Shown here one piece after another: positions 53,428 through 54,149 of a stretch of 54,149 nucleotides of DNA. Position 1 is the first letter of the stretch. Every line of letters starts with the position of its first letter. Source of the DNA: a virus; the IMG/VR virus record IMGVR_UViG_3300045988_053918, positions 1 through 54,149 of that record. One strand, given 5' to 3'. The notes below the pieces were generated by a model. The model ran no database searches. It was not told the origin of the DNA and saw nothing but the letters and a program-made list of their open reading frames with translations. The translations under genes and the position numbers were made by a program.

Positions 53428-53827
53428 TTATTTTCTTTCTTTTAACATTTTTTTAAACGATTCTCGGTATTCTTTTATTTTTTTAAGCCATTCAGATTGA
53501 GAATCTGACGATACTAGCTTATTATCTGAAAGTGAAAGTGATATTTCAACGCTTGAAAAAGCAGCAGAAAGTGTTTTATCATCAGCTTGTTTTTCTACCA
53601 AATTTGTTAAATTCTCCATTTTAGTGCTTGCTTCTTTTGCACTTAAAGTTCCATTTTCAAAATTATCAATAATTTTAATTGCACTACTTATCATTTCTCT
53701 ATCGTTCTTAGAGTATTTATATCCATTAAACACTCCTAGATGAGCAAGCAGCGTTGCAACAATGATAACAAGAAAAAATCATTGCAATAACTATACTTGA
53801 CTTACTTATTTTTTGTTTCTCTTTCAT
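53428..53827 (-). pseudogene. Membrane-anchored protein split by a +1 frameshift in a homopolymer
   Basis: MKEKQKISKSSIVIAMIF...; dropping one base from the A6 run 53773-53778 gives the TM helix IFLVIIVATLLAHLGVF, continuous with ORF 53428..53733. Confidence 0.6.
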
Positions 53828-53858
53828 AGGCAAATCCCCCTTAAATTTAATTTTGCTA

Positions 53859-53887
53859 ATCATATCACAATATGCATAATTTGTCGA
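53859..53887 (-). promoter_or_regulatory. Promoter for the reverse-strand membrane protein/lipoprotein operon
   Basis: - strand TCGACA, 17-nt spacer, TGaTATGAT (extended -10). Confidence 0.45.
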
Positions 53888-54030
53888 ATGTTGTCGAAAC
53901 TTGCGATATCTTTAAGTTGATTTTTACATTATCAGTATTTATAATAATAATTGTCCGAGAGAGTTCGGGCAGAATCTTCAAGTTTCGGCTAGGTGGCACT
54001 GTTTGATTGGCGTTGGCAGTGTCACCGCTG

Positions 54031-54149
54031 AAAACTGTTAATCTACTGGGGGTAGGTTGACATGCAAGAACAAATGTTCTATAATAACACCATCGCTACC
54101 AGCGTTATATCGTGCAATAAGGGGGATATATGGAGAATGAGGAATATAA
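54031..54149. repeat. Terminal direct repeat, copy 2 (identical to 1..119)
   Basis: Exact copy of 1-119; circular-assembly overlap or terminal redundancy. Confidence 0.95.

Noticed and set aside
1-54149. Genome-wide stop-codon reassignment (suggested by the UUA-anticodon tRNA and the in-frame TGA)
   Set aside because: Long genes (terL, portal, capsid, both tape measure exons, the 1156-aa fibre, endolysin, integrase) are uninterrupted in the standard code. Apart from the single TGA at 1722, the broken ORFs are explained by frameshifts rather than in-frame stops.
1-54149. CRISPR array, retron/DGR reverse transcriptase, or transposase/IS element
   Set aside because: No spaced identical repeats of CRISPR type are present. 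No ORF has RT (YxDD) or transposase motifs. The only recombinase seen is the tyrosine integrase.

Overview
The window is a complete temperate siphovirus-type phage genome. Bases 1-119 are repeated exactly at 54031-54149, so the contig closes on itself with about 54,030 bp of unique sequence. Low GC, GGAGG-type ribosome-binding sites (RBS) and SleB-like and Spo0A-C-like genes point to a spore-forming Firmicutes/Clostridia host; that host call is inference.

Gene order:
- CI-like repressor (- strand) and a divergent early operon: Bro-N antirepressor, SleB-like hydrolase, Spo0A-C-like protein, OB-fold/SSB proteins, Rad50/SbcC-like remnant, RecT, MBL-fold hydrolase, YopX, SSB, GIY-YIG nuclease, DNA methyltransferase, DnaD-like organizer, helicase-loader-like protein and a small sigma-r4/LuxR-type HTH protein.
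- A tyrosine integrase and a putative attP near 16.5 kb.
- An unexplained 3.4-kb cluster of low-complexity, Gly/Cys/Gln/Asn/Met-rich proteins (16.8-20.2 kb).
- An RHH gene, a tandem AP2-like protein, about 0.7 kb of non-coding DNA and a reverse-strand two-gene cassette carrying tRNA-like minihelices.
- TerS, MazG and DUF3310.
- A 0.9-kb RNA island: tRNA-Gln, tRNA-Ser, a 201-nt tRNA-like RNA and a tRNA with a UUA anticodon loop.
- A Rep-like gene with internal iterons, many small Cys-rich proteins and TerL.
- Portal, scaffold, capsid, an embedded holin pair, and the tail genes, with a -1 frameshift chaperone and a tape-measure gene split by a 340-nt ORF-less insert.
- Tail fibre genes, a GH25 endolysin, and a lipoprotein plus membrane protein on the - strand.

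Most notable observations:
- The candidate self-splicing intron in the tape-measure gene.
- The non-canonical RNAs in and around the tRNA island.
- The two T-arm minihelices in the reverse cassette.
- The att-proximal low-complexity cluster.
- Five ORF-disrupting lesions, three of them in homopolymer runs. These may be assembly errors rather than biology.

All product calls come from reading the motifs by eye. No database search was run.
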